Of a stretch of DNA of 24,093 nucleotides, positions 8,315 to 15,970 are shown piece after piece. The stretch comes from a virus (lineage: Duplodnaviria; Caudoviricetes), in the IMG/VR virus record IMGVR_UViG_3300032305_000216, positions 1 to 24,093 of that record. One strand, given 5' to 3'. The number at the start of each line of letters is the position of its first letter. Position 1 is the stretch's first letter. Made by a program: the position numbers and the translations under genes. The notes below the pieces were generated by a model that saw only the letters and a list, made by a program, of their open reading frames with translations, was not told the origin of the DNA and ran no database searches.

Positions 8315-8733
8315 TATTTATCTATTTGCTTTAGCTTATTAATTGCCCATTCAATACCTGAAGTACCACCCCAACAATCCCACATCAAGCCACCACAACC
8401 TTCTGAATATGGTACATCTTTACTTTGTTGATGCCTTTTAAATGATGCCATCCTAGCTATAGTATCCCTAGATATGTTTTCTTTATTCGCTAATTGATTT
8501 GCCCTTGCTTTACCTACTGCAGTTCCACAATCACCCCAACCATTTTCATCTGCCCATTTTAATGCTCTCTTTGCATTGTTACTAGCAGATTCAGGATAAT
8601 CATTATAAGTTTCCTCATATTTACCACTAGCTATAATTGCTGCCCATACTTTAGCAGCTTTTTCTTCTGTGTCATAAACGCAACCACCTGTACCAATTCT
8701 GTACTTTCCGTTGCTACATTTGTATATCGGCAT
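8314..8733 (-). CDS. Hypothetical protein with a 'YNDYPESASNNAKRAL...WDCWGG' domain
   Basis: Domain recalled from head-region proteins of aquatic phages, preceded by a short 'MPIYKCSNGKYRIG' module; function unknown. Confidence 0.6.
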   Translation of the reverse strand: MPIYKCSNGKYRIGTGGCVYDTEEKAAKVWAAIIASGKYEETYNDYPESASNNAKRALKWADENGWGDCGTAVGKARANQLANKENISRDTIARMASFKRHQQSKDVPYSEGCGGLMWDCWGGTSGIEWAINKLKQIDK

Positions 8734-9724
8734 TACCTATCAATTTATTATAAATAGCAAATCTCTTGTTATTTATGGTGTGCAGGTTAAAGTTAGTATT
8801 ACAGTAATCAAATAGCTTCTGACCATATTCTACCCTAGCTGCTTCATCAAAGGTTAGTAGCTTAATCCATTTGTACCAATCCTGTTGGTTGTTTACATAG
8901 CATACAGGCATATTTTTATAAGGGTGTACGTTGCTAACTATAGCAGGGTTTTTCTTTGATGCAGTTTCTAATACCTTTAGGTTAGATTTCATAGCACTAA
9001 ACTTATTATCTATTAAAGGAATGATGCTAATGTCAGAATCAGCATAAGCACCCATATACTTGCTTACTTCTGCATAGTCATATATAGTAGGGTTCAGCTT
9101 TAATCCGTTTGTAAATACTCCAATCATTCTATCCCATAAATGTTTCTCACCTAAGTTGTATCCTGCTATAACTGTTCTTACAGGGAAGTTAATCTTCTTC
9201 ATTGGATTTCTAAGAATGTCTAAATCAGGAACGTGAGTGCCTGAACCTGACCAAAATAATCTAACCATATTAGATTCTATTTTGTTATCTTGAAACTGCT
9301 CCTCACCATAAGGTAAAGCATTTGGTAATATTTCTACATTGGTATTGTACTTGTATATTTCTTCTGCTAGTCTTTCGTGCGTACAGGTGCATAGGTCTGC
9401 CACCTTCATATACTCTATAATAATTTCTGTAATGTTACTATCTCTGTATCTTTCTGAAAGTATGTGAGTAGGTGGTAAAATCCAATAATCATCATTATCT
9501 ACAATCAATTTAAAGTTATACTTTAACTTCATCTCAACTAATACCTTTGCATCTGTTGAAGATAAAAATCTATTAAATATTACTATATCGTAATTATTAT
9601 CAAATACTGCTTCATTTATTGTATCTGTTATCATACAATAATCTTTGCGCATATTTACTAATGGCATCATTATTCTATGATACCCAACACCACTAAACTT
9701 ACTTGTTATTGCTAGTATTCTCAT
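8714..9724 (-). CDS. GT-B fold glycosyltransferase (GT4-like)
   Basis: 'SGVGYHRIMMP', 'DNDDYW', 'ILPNA', 'WSGSGTH', 'DISIIPL...KSNLKVLE'. Confidence 0.8.
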   Translation of the reverse strand: MRILAITSKFSGVGYHRIMMPLVNMRKDYCMITDTINEAVFDNNYDIVIFNRFLSSTDAKVLVEMKLKYNFKLIVDNDDYWILPPTHILSERYRDSNITEIIIEYMKVADLCTCTHERLAEEIYKYNTNVEILPNALPYGEEQFQDNKIESNMVRLFWSGSGTHVPDLDILRNPMKKINFPVRTVIAGYNLGEKHLWDRMIGVFTNGLKLNPTIYDYAEVSKYMGAYADSDISIIPLIDNKFSAMKSNLKVLETASKKNPAIVSNVHPYKNMPVCYVNNQQDWYKWIKLLTFDEAARVEYGQKLFDYCNTNFNLHTINNKRFAIYNKLIGNADIQM

Positions 9725-10302
9725 AATGGAATATAAAATGATTTAGTTCCGTTTGAGTATTCAGATACGTTTTGATTATGTAAATCCCAAGTTTTTTTAA
9801 CTAAGTCCATTTTATTATACCCATAAGCATCTACGCCATTCTGTTCAATATGAGTAGCTTTTATATTTGGTATATACTTTGTATGCAATCCTGATGCTCT
9901 ACATCTAGTACAGTAGTCTAAGTCTATTGCTCCGTATGGGTCTAGTTCCTGATTAAATGCTCCAAGTCTTTTTATTGTTTCTGCGCTAATAGTAAAGTTC
10001 CCAATCAGGTCTAATGAATCACCGTTAAAGCCTCCTAATGGAATTGAACAAATACCTACGCTTATATCTTGCATATAGTCATTTCTAATCTGCAACCAAT
10101 TATCAGGCTCTTGTATATCATTACCCATAATCGTTACAAAGTCAATATTATTTAACTGCCTTAATCCTTTATTGATTGCATTAGATATTCCTGTTTCATT
10201 TACAATGCTTATTAAGTCAATATGCTTACCTGCATTTTTAATGTTATGAAACAATGTATCTATGTTTCTATTTTGGTAGTTTAGATATATTATTGCGTTC
10301 AT
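9721..10302 (-). CDS. GT-A fold glycosyltransferase (GT2-like)
   Basis: 'GISNAINKGL', degenerate DxD ('GND'), 'LGAFNQELDPYGAIDLDYCTR...G'. Confidence 0.75.
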   Translation of the reverse strand: MNAIIYLNYQNRNIDTLFHNIKNAGKHIDLISIVNETGISNAINKGLRQLNNIDFVTIMGNDIQEPDNWLQIRNDYMQDISVGICSIPLGGFNGDSLDLIGNFTISAETIKRLGAFNQELDPYGAIDLDYCTRCRASGLHTKYIPNIKATHIEQNGVDAYGYNKMDLVKKTWDLHNQNVSEYSNGTKSFYIPL

Positions 10303-10781
10303 CGTGGCTTGTTTTCTCCTAATTTTATTGCAGGAACTCCTGCATATTTTGTATATTGTTCTGATTCCCCTTTAAAAAATGCACTTGCTCCAATCATACA
10401 ACCTTCTAATATAACTGAAAATTGATGCAATACTGCGTTCAACCCTATGTTACATTTATCATTTATGATAGAATGACCACCAATCTTTGCACCACAACTG
10501 ATTGTAACTTTATTATCTATAATACAATCGTGTCCTATATGTGCGTGTTTCATAATAAAACAATCATTGCCTATATAAGTATTAGTTTCAGTTCCTGCAT
10601 CAATAGTAACTAACCCTGTAATTATATTGTTATTACCTATAAAAACTTTTCCTTTTGTTTTATCCCAATACTTTTTGTGTTCAGCAGGGTCGCCTATAAT
10701 ACAATAAGCACCTATATAATTGTTATCACCTAGTGTAACATTGTCTCCTATAATCGCAGTTGGATGTATAAAATTAGCCAT
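10299..10781 (-). CDS. LpxA-like left-handed beta-helix acyltransferase
   Basis: Hexapeptide repeats with 'IHPTAII', 'IIGDPAEHKKY', 'AHIGHDC', 'VLHQF', 'YAGVPA'. ATG at 10781 preferred; lacks the LpxA C-terminal helical domain. Confidence 0.8.
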   Translation of the reverse strand: MANFIHPTAIIGDNVTLGDNNYIGAYCIIGDPAEHKKYWDKTKGKVFIGNNNIITGLVTIDAGTETNTYIGNDCFIMKHAHIGHDCIIDNKVTISCGAKIGGHSIINDKCNIGLNAVLHQFSVILEGCMIGASAFFKGESEQYTKYAGVPAIKLGENKPR

Positions 10782-11046
10782 TTGTTTTTGGTTTGCGACC
10801 ACGCTTTTTTGGTTCTAAAAGGTTTTCTATTGGTAAACTATTATAGTATTTGTACAATCTAACTACCATATCCATTCTACAGTTACCACACCATATAGTT
10901 AAAATAAAGTTAGGGTCTATATATTTTCTATATATTGCCTCATAGGTTTTCATTATAGATAAATCCAAGTTCCTAAGATAACCACTTTGTGATGTCTCGT
11001 AATTATTGTAATGCTCTTTTAAATATAATCTGTCTACTAATTCCAT
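10774..11046 (-). CDS. Hypothetical protein with CxxC and basic tail
   Basis: 'WCGNCRMD' and C-terminal 'PKKRGRKPK'. Confidence 0.65.
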   Translation of the reverse strand: MELVDRLYLKEHYNNYETSQSGYLRNLDLSIMKTYEAIYRKYIDPNFILTIWCGNCRMDMVVRLYKYYNSLPIENLLEPKKRGRKPKTNG

Positions 11047-11276
11047 ATCTTATAAATTAAAGTTTCTGTAATAGCAGCTAATACACCTGATATAAATAAA
11101 ACACTTGCAATGTCTAAAATTAATTGAGGTGAGAAATATAATACAACTGCAATCCACGAAGCCAAACAACTTCCACAACTGAAAGGCTTGAAGTTGATTC
11201 CCCATTTACGATGCAGGTTGTGGATAGTAATAAAAAATAATGATGCACAGACACTTGTTAAAATTATTTGAATCAT
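11037..11276 (-). CDS. Small membrane protein with CxxC (DUF1360-like)
   Basis: Hydrophobic segments flanking 'KPFSCGSCLASW'. Confidence 0.6.
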   Translation of the reverse strand: MIQIILTSVCASLFFITIHNLHRKWGINFKPFSCGSCLASWIAVVLYFSPQLILDIASVLFISGVLAAITETLIYKIWN

Positions 11277-11755
11277 TTCCGAATGTGTTTTTTTAGTTCA
11301 GTTTTAGTTTGTTTTAGTGTTCTTATAATTGACATATAAGGAATGCCTGTTTGTCTACTTAACTCTTTTGCATTCTTATTAAAATCAAATGTATATAGCC
11401 TTAAAATTTCCTTTTGATACCAATGAAGTTTTTCAACTCCTTTTTCCATTAAACCCATAATACAGTTATCTTGTACATCAGCTACTTCATTACCTTTATA
11501 TTCTGTATAGTTTCTATACTTTTTCCAAAATTGACTTCTATCTGACTTTATCATATTTAGCATAGTTCTAACTATGTAAAATCTAATTTCATTTCTTTCG
11601 TATAGCCCAAATAACTTTGCATCATCCATTTCTAATAAAACCATAAATACCTCAACCTTTAAATCATACTGCAATTCTTCAGGCTGCATCTTTGCAAATG
11701 CCTGATTGACTTCATCATTAAGCCAATATTGCTCTATAATTTTATTTTTATCCAT
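11273..11755 (-). CDS. Phage sigma-70/ECF-like factor (possible late transcription factor)
   Basis: Region-2-like 'DLKVEVFMVLLE' and region-4-like HTH 'LHWYQKEILRLY...AKELSRQTGIPYMSIIRTLKQTKTELK'. Confidence 0.7.
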   Translation of the reverse strand: MDKNKIIEQYWLNDEVNQAFAKMQPEELQYDLKVEVFMVLLEMDDAKLFGLYERNEIRFYIVRTMLNMIKSDRSQFWKKYRNYTEYKGNEVADVQDNCIMGLMEKGVEKLHWYQKEILRLYTFDFNKNAKELSRQTGIPYMSIIRTLKQTKTELKKHIRK

Positions 11756-12048
11756 TCAATTAGTACAGGCTGATTATCTTTTTCAGTACAAATATATACT
11801 AATCCCTGACAATTATGAATATCTTGCAGTCTTTCTTTTTGTTCAGGACTTAATTTGTCGCCTATTTTTTTAACTTCAACTGCAACATACCTACCTTCAG
11901 GTGTGTAACCTTGAAGGTCTGCCCATCCTTTTTGGATAGTTCCTTTACGTTTTCCGTATGGTATATTGTTAACTCTGTTAAGCCTGTACCCAATATATTC
12001 TAAATTTTTTTTTGCCCATTTAGTTAGGTCGTTTGCCGATATGTCCAT
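11734..12048 (-). CDS. VRR-NUC / PD-(D/E)xK nuclease
   Basis: 'KGWADLQG...YVAVEVKKIGDKLSPEQKERL'. Confidence 0.85.
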   Translation of the reverse strand: MDISANDLTKWAKKNLEYIGYRLNRVNNIPYGKRKGTIQKGWADLQGYTPEGRYVAVEVKKIGDKLSPEQKERLQDIHNCQGLVYICTEKDNQPVLIEWIKIKL

Positions 12049-12206
12049 AGTAATTCGTAAAATTGTTTTTTAAATAATAATCTATTTGTGCCATCAATGG
12101 CATCCTGTCTAGTTGGGTAGCAGTCAAAAAAGTTAATAGTATAGCAATATTTTACTGTACTATAGTGTGTATACTTAACTTGATAGACCTTCAAAGTATT
12201 TAACAA
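12024..12206 (-). CDS. Small hypothetical protein
   Basis: Fills the gap between replication genes and VRR-NUC; only TTG starts, so the start is uncertain. Confidence 0.4.
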   Translation of the reverse strand: MLNTLKVYQVKYTHYSTVKYCYTINFFDCYPTRQDAIDGTNRLLFKKQFYELLWTYRQTT

Positions 12207-12915
12207 GTGCTAATTTTTTACATTGTGTATCTACAAAATCATTGTCTTTAATTGATTGTCTAAAATTCTTTGCATCTATCCCATACAATTTATTCATTTT
12301 TTGAAGGTTATCTTCTCTAACAATCTTTATAATTTCTAACATTTCGTGTTCCTGAAACTTTAATTTTCCCTGCTTTATCAAAATTGCAAATACCTTATCA
12401 GCATTAAATACCCTGTTAAAGTCATTTTTAGCCGAATTAAGCCACTCTTTCTTAGTAAATGATACAATGTCATCATCAGATAATTTAGGTGGTTCTATTT
12501 CGTTTACAATAGGTTTTATCATTTTTCTTACTTCTAGTGCTTTTTTTGTATAGGCTGCCATAACTTGACCAATAAATTTTGGACTAAACTTTTCATAGTG
12601 TTCTGTGCTACAATCTAACTTACCCTGTACTGCCATTTTAAAAGCTAGTCTAAACTCCTCAACTGTAAAAAATGGATAGCTAGTCCTAATAAAATCTTCA
12701 ATTACAATCATTTCCTGTGTATCAGGATACTTTGTAAATCCTAGTAAAGTAAAGATATATGCTAAGTTTTCTTTTAGTGTTACAGGAGAAACTAGATTTA
12801 GCTTACTACCTTTAAATGCTTCAGCTATAGCATTATCAACTATGTACCCACTTTGCAAGGGCATCCATTCGTTCTTTGCTTGTGGCAGTTGGGTTAAATG
12901 TTTTTGAATTTCCAT
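12175..12915 (-). CDS. Putative replication accessory protein (helicase-loader position)
   Basis: Directly follows and overlaps the initiator, like lambda O/P. Function inferred from position only. Confidence 0.5.
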   Translation of the reverse strand: MEIQKHLTQLPQAKNEWMPLQSGYIVDNAIAEAFKGSKLNLVSPVTLKENLAYIFTLLGFTKYPDTQEMIVIEDFIRTSYPFFTVEEFRLAFKMAVQGKLDCSTEHYEKFSPKFIGQVMAAYTKKALEVRKMIKPIVNEIEPPKLSDDDIVSFTKKEWLNSAKNDFNRVFNADKVFAILIKQGKLKFQEHEMLEIIKIVREDNLQKMNKLYGIDAKNFRQSIKDNDFVDTQCKKLALVKYFEGLSS

Positions 12916-13471
12916 ATCTTAGTTTGTTTTTAGTCCAAGTATTAATTCTTCTTTTTACATCAAAGAACTTTTCTAGTTCATAACGTAATTTACCATTTTT
13001 ATTTGGTTCACACCAATATTCTACAAATTCTGTAAATGAATCACCTAAAATTTCTTCATACTCTTTTATATTATTTATAAATAAATCTTTAGTATTTACA
13101 TTTATATTTACATTTTCCATATGACCTATCATATGTGTGGTCATATGACCTACTTCTTTTTCTTTGTTTTTAGTATATTGATTTTTACCTGAAACATTGT
13201 TGCGCCTAGATTCCGTGAAAGTTTTCCTTCTTTCTTTTTCTAGGTCTAACCTTTCATTATACCATAGACCATCGGCATCTTTTATAAATTTGTCTTGTAT
13301 CTTGACCCACGTTTGACCAACCGTTTGACCTATCATATGTGTGGTCATATGACCTCTATTAAATTGTAACATTAGTAGTTCCATATATGCTCCTTTTTCC
13401 TCAAAGGTCATACCCATAGTTCCCCCTATGTAATCATTAGGGTAAAATAAAAATGCAGGGTCTTTTGACAT
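12836..13471 (-). CDS. Replication initiator, DUF1376/YdaU-like N-terminus
   Basis: 'MSKDPAFLFYPNDYIGGTMGMTFEEKGAYMELLMLQF' start, internal iteron-like repeats, C-terminal 'FVEYWCEPNKNGKLRYELEKFFDVKRRINTW'. Confidence 0.8.
   Translation of the reverse strand: MSKDPAFLFYPNDYIGGTMGMTFEEKGAYMELLMLQFNRGHMTTHMIGQTVGQTWVKIQDKFIKDADGLWYNERLDLEKERRKTFTESRRNNVSGKNQYTKNKEKEVGHMTTHMIGHMENVNINVNTKDLFINNIKEYEEILGDSFTEFVEYWCEPNKNGKLRYELEKFFDVKRRINTWTKNKLRYGNSKTFNPTATSKERMDALAKWVHS
13118..13355. repeat. Iteron-like repeats, probable replication origin
   Basis: Exact 30-bp repeat TGACCTATCATATGTGTGGTCATATGACCT at 13122-13151 and 13326-13355; CATATG/TGACC at 12-bp period; adjacent AT-rich tract at about 13060-13117. 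Confidence 0.75.
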
Positions 13472-13482
13472 AAAATAAAAAT

Positions 13483-13561
13483 GGGGTTCAGATTCCCTGC
13501 TAGTCGCATTAGCAGTTCATCATCCCCCCAATATTGTTAATAAACTAAATGCGACTTAGTT
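13483..13561 (-). ncRNA. Candidate cis-regulatory RNA (two hairpins with complementary loops) in the initiator leader
   Basis: AACUAA-GUCGCAU-UUAGUU (13561-13543) and CUGCUA-AUGCGAC-UAGCAG (13515-13497); the loops are exact reverse complements. Confidence 0.6.
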
Positions 13562-13566
13562 CTTGA

Positions 13567-13995
13567 TTATTTTGTAGACAAATATAAAGCATATTTATCC
13601 ATTTCCTCACAAAGTTGTTCTATTTTTTCTTTAAACCAATACTCTGTGTGCATAATATCCCTACATTTAGTTATAGAATATAATACTGTTGTATGGTCTT
13701 TTACACCAATATATGATGTAATTTCTGATAAACTCAACCTTGTGTACATTCTCAACATATAAGCTGCTGCCTGTCTGCCAAAGACTGTTTTTTGTTTTCT
13801 ATTGTTTGCTTTAATATCTGTACTAAAAACTTCTTCTACTAACTGAACAATCTTTTCAGGTTTGATATTTTTATCCGTAACAGGCATTCTAACATCATCT
13901 AAAATAACCCCTTCTTTAATTAATAGATTTTGAAGGTAGTTAAAGCTATCTTTTTGCATCACATATGCAGCGTATATTTCTTCTTTGTTTGTCAT
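13567..13995 (-). CDS. Stand-alone DnaA domain IV (Bac_DnaA_C)-like DNA-binding protein
   Basis: 'RKQKTVFGRQAAAYMLRMYTRLSLSEITSYIGVKDHTTVLYS' matches the DnaA C-terminal signature (RQ..MYL...SL.EIG..F..DHTTV). Confidence 0.85.
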   Translation of the reverse strand: MTNKEEIYAAYVMQKDSFNYLQNLLIKEGVILDDVRMPVTDKNIKPEKIVQLVEEVFSTDIKANNRKQKTVFGRQAAAYMLRMYTRLSLSEITSYIGVKDHTTVLYSITKCRDIMHTEYWFKEKIEQLCEEMDKYALYLSTK

Positions 13996-13997
13996 AA

Positions 13998-14192
13998 TTA
14001 AAATTCTAAATCTTTGTTTTCACTTTTCATTACATAAGTATCTTCATAAATCTGATAGTCAGGATGGGAATTTTTATCTTTATATTTGTTTTCCCACATT
14101 GAATATCTTTTACCCTCTATTGTAAAATTAATTACAATACCTTTTGTGGTTTCTTTTTTCCAAGCACCGTACTTCTTTTTTTCTTCTGACAT
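13998..14192 (-). CDS. Small DUF736-like / SSB-like protein
   Basis: 'GAWKK...NKYKDKNSHPDYQIY' and an acidic-aromatic tail (DLEF), near ERF. Confidence 0.5.
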   Translation of the reverse strand: MSEEKKKYGAWKKETTKGIVINFTIEGKRYSMWENKYKDKNSHPDYQIYEDTYVMKSENKDLEF

Positions 14193-14404
14193 TACTTTTT
14201 AGTTTTAATTAGTGAATATTTAGCTACAAATTTAGGGTTATTTTTAGTACCTACATTTACTCTTTCGGTAATAATATTATGCCCTTCATCTTTAAGATTA
14301 AATACTAATGCAGCTAATCTTAATGTTCCATACTTTCTTAATGCCACTAATGGAGTTAATGGTTCTTTTTTAAGGTGATTAAGCACCTGTGTTTGTTGGC
14401 TCAT
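14192..14404 (-). CDS. Winged-helix HTH protein
   Basis: 'QVLNHLKKEPLTPLVALRKYGTLRLAALVFNLKDEGHNIIT...AKYSL'. Confidence 0.7.
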   Translation of the reverse strand: MSQQTQVLNHLKKEPLTPLVALRKYGTLRLAALVFNLKDEGHNIITERVNVGTKNNPKFVAKYSLIKTKK

Positions 14405-14576
14405 ACTGTTTGTTTTTAATGTTTGAAAAATTATAATTTATATTTAAAGAATGATTAAAATTACGATTGTCTTTATAATTAGAAGATACATTAAACATTC
14501 TAACCCATTGATTAAATGATGGCTTCTGTTCAGGTAATGATATTCTACTAATTTTAATTCCCCATTTATTTTCCAT
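14379..14576 (-). CDS. Hypothetical protein (65 aa)
   Basis: Tightly packed between ERF and HTH. Confidence 0.55.
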   Translation of the reverse strand: MENKWGIKISRISLPEQKPSFNQWVRMFNVSSNYKDNRNFNHSLNINYNFSNIKNKQYEPTNTGA

Positions 14577-14577
14577 A

Positions 14578-15123
14578 TTATTTAATTTGATTTTCTTTAA
14601 TACTTTTTAATGCTTTGTTATACTGTTCTAAGGTAGTATATTGGCTTATTCTATTTGCTATTGAATCTTTTGTTGTACTATCATATGTTGTATTTTCTAG
14701 TAGTACAATTAGTTCCATTCTTTTTTCTTCACCTAATTCATCTTTATGCTCATTTGTAGCATCTGAATCCTTAGTATCATCTATTGCGAATAAACCATTT
14801 AAAGCATACTTCCTAGCATAACTAGATGTGCTACCTGTAATCTGTGCAGCATCCATACCCTTTTTTACTTCTTCTTCTCTTGCCCAACCACTTACACTTA
14901 CTGTATCATCTGTATCATCTAAAAGTGTTGCAGTTGCTTTAATATAGATTCTATCACCTACCTGTACTACTTCATCACTTATAACTAATGCAGTTCCATA
15001 TTTGTTTAAAATAGGTTTTACTGCTTCAATAATGTCCTCTGCATTTCGGTATTTGTATTTACCAAATGCATTAAATTGTCCTTTTGGTGCTTTTAATTCA
15101 GCTTGAATTTTTACTAAGTTCAT
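14578..15123 (-). CDS. erf: ERF-family ssDNA annealing recombinase
   Basis: 'KAPKGQFNAFGKYKYRNAEDI' and the ERF signature 'AQITGSTSSYARKYALNGLFAIDDTKDSD'. Confidence 0.9.
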   Translation of the reverse strand: MNLVKIQAELKAPKGQFNAFGKYKYRNAEDIIEAVKPILNKYGTALVISDEVVQVGDRIYIKATATLLDDTDDTVSVSGWAREEEVKKGMDAAQITGSTSSYARKYALNGLFAIDDTKDSDATNEHKDELGEEKRMELIVLLENTTYDSTTKDSIANRISQYTTLEQYNKALKSIKENQIK

Positions 15124-15141
15124 TGTTTGTTTTTTTTAAAG

Positions 15142-15417
15142 TTACTCAATTTCTGCCATTTTATTATATTCTATTTCAGCCTGATGCTGCATCCATTGTC
15201 CGAATGTAAACGCATCATCTTCATAATCATAACCTGCAAATAAGGTTGGCTTTTTATGATAGAATTTAAAATAATCTTCTACAGATACTAATGTATTATT
15301 TACATTAACTCTGCCTTTGTATTGAATTTGCCAATAGATAAAAGTATCTAAAGCATCAATAGTTTCTGTACCGTATTTAATACATAGTTCTGTGTAGGTG
15401 TGTAGTTCTTTAGTCAT
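15142..15417 (-). CDS. Hypothetical early protein (91 aa)
   Basis: ATG at 15417 with an A-rich leader (AAAAACAAACAT-ATG), preferred over the overlapping 15492 start. Confidence 0.65.
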   Translation of the reverse strand: MTKELHTYTELCIKYGTETIDALDTFIYWQIQYKGRVNVNNTLVSVEDYFKFYHKKPTLFAGYDYEDDAFTFGQWMQHQAEIEYNKMAEIE

Positions 15418-15427
15418 ATGTTTGTTT

Positions 15428-15646
15428 TTAATTATTGAAGATTCCCCAAGCATCCTTAGGTAATTGATTATAAACTGATAAATAATATCCACTTAAATGA
15501 ACAAATGCTCCATATCTCATATCACTTACATAATATTGACTTTGTAATTCATCTTTTAATTCTTTTGCAATAGATGGGTATTTTTCAGCAGATTCTTCAA
15601 TAACCTTTAAGATTTCAGGTTTTAATTGTTGTAGTAAATTTTGCAT
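15428..15646 (-). CDS. Hypothetical early protein (72 aa)
   Basis: First gene after a consensus promoter; leader AAACAAACAAACT-ATG. Confidence 0.75.
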   Translation of the reverse strand: MQNLLQQLKPEILKVIEESAEKYPSIAKELKDELQSQYYVSDMRYGAFVHLSGYYLSVYNQLPKDAWGIFNN

Positions 15647-15665
15647 AGTTTGTTTGTTTATAAAG

Positions 15666-15757
15666 CAAATCTACAGGCTTTAAACATACTATCCAACTTT
15701 TATGTACTAAATTTTTGAACTTTGTGATGAACGGTAAATAAGAATGATGAATGGTAT
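15666..15757 (-). promoter_or_regulatory. Leftward Bacteroidota promoter with phased upstream boxes
   Basis: Perfect -7 TAGATTTG (15673-15666), GTTG at 15697-15694, boxes at 15725-15737 and 15745-15757. Confidence 0.75.
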
Positions 15758-15770
15758 TTGTACATAAAAT

Positions 15771-15804
15771 TGTCCGATATTTTGTCCGGACAGAAAACAG
15801 GACA
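15771..15804. promoter_or_regulatory. Palindromic array TGTCC-N7-TGTCC|GGACA-N7-GGACA
   Basis: Four pentamers in mirror symmetry about 15787/15788, midway between two divergent promoters. Confidence 0.6.
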
Positions 15805-15822
15805 TACTAAAAAATTTAGTAA

Positions 15823-15892
15823 TTACCGTTTATCCTTAAATATTACCGTTTGTGTAATAAATTTGGATATGTTGTATATAAGTTGTATATTG
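15823..15892 (+). promoter_or_regulatory. Rightward promoter with phased TTACCGTTT boxes
   Basis: TTACCGTTT at 15823-15831 and 15843-15851; TTTG at 15862-15865; -7-like TATATTG at 15886-15892. Confidence 0.6.
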
Positions 15893-15970
15893 TATTATAA
15901 TTAAGAAGTTAATTATGCTCTTTGAAATAAACCAAAAAAGTGAGGCACACTATAAACTGCGAAACCAACT

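Noticed and set aside
4743-10613. Plus-strand ORFs 4743..4964, 5258..5479, 6197..6382, 6367..6549, 7162..7389 and 10422..10613
   Set aside because: They lie opposite real minus-strand genes and show no protein motifs or plausible leaders.
11219-11227. Near-match DnaA box TGTGGATAG
   Set aside because: Single mismatched site inside a coding region; expected by chance.
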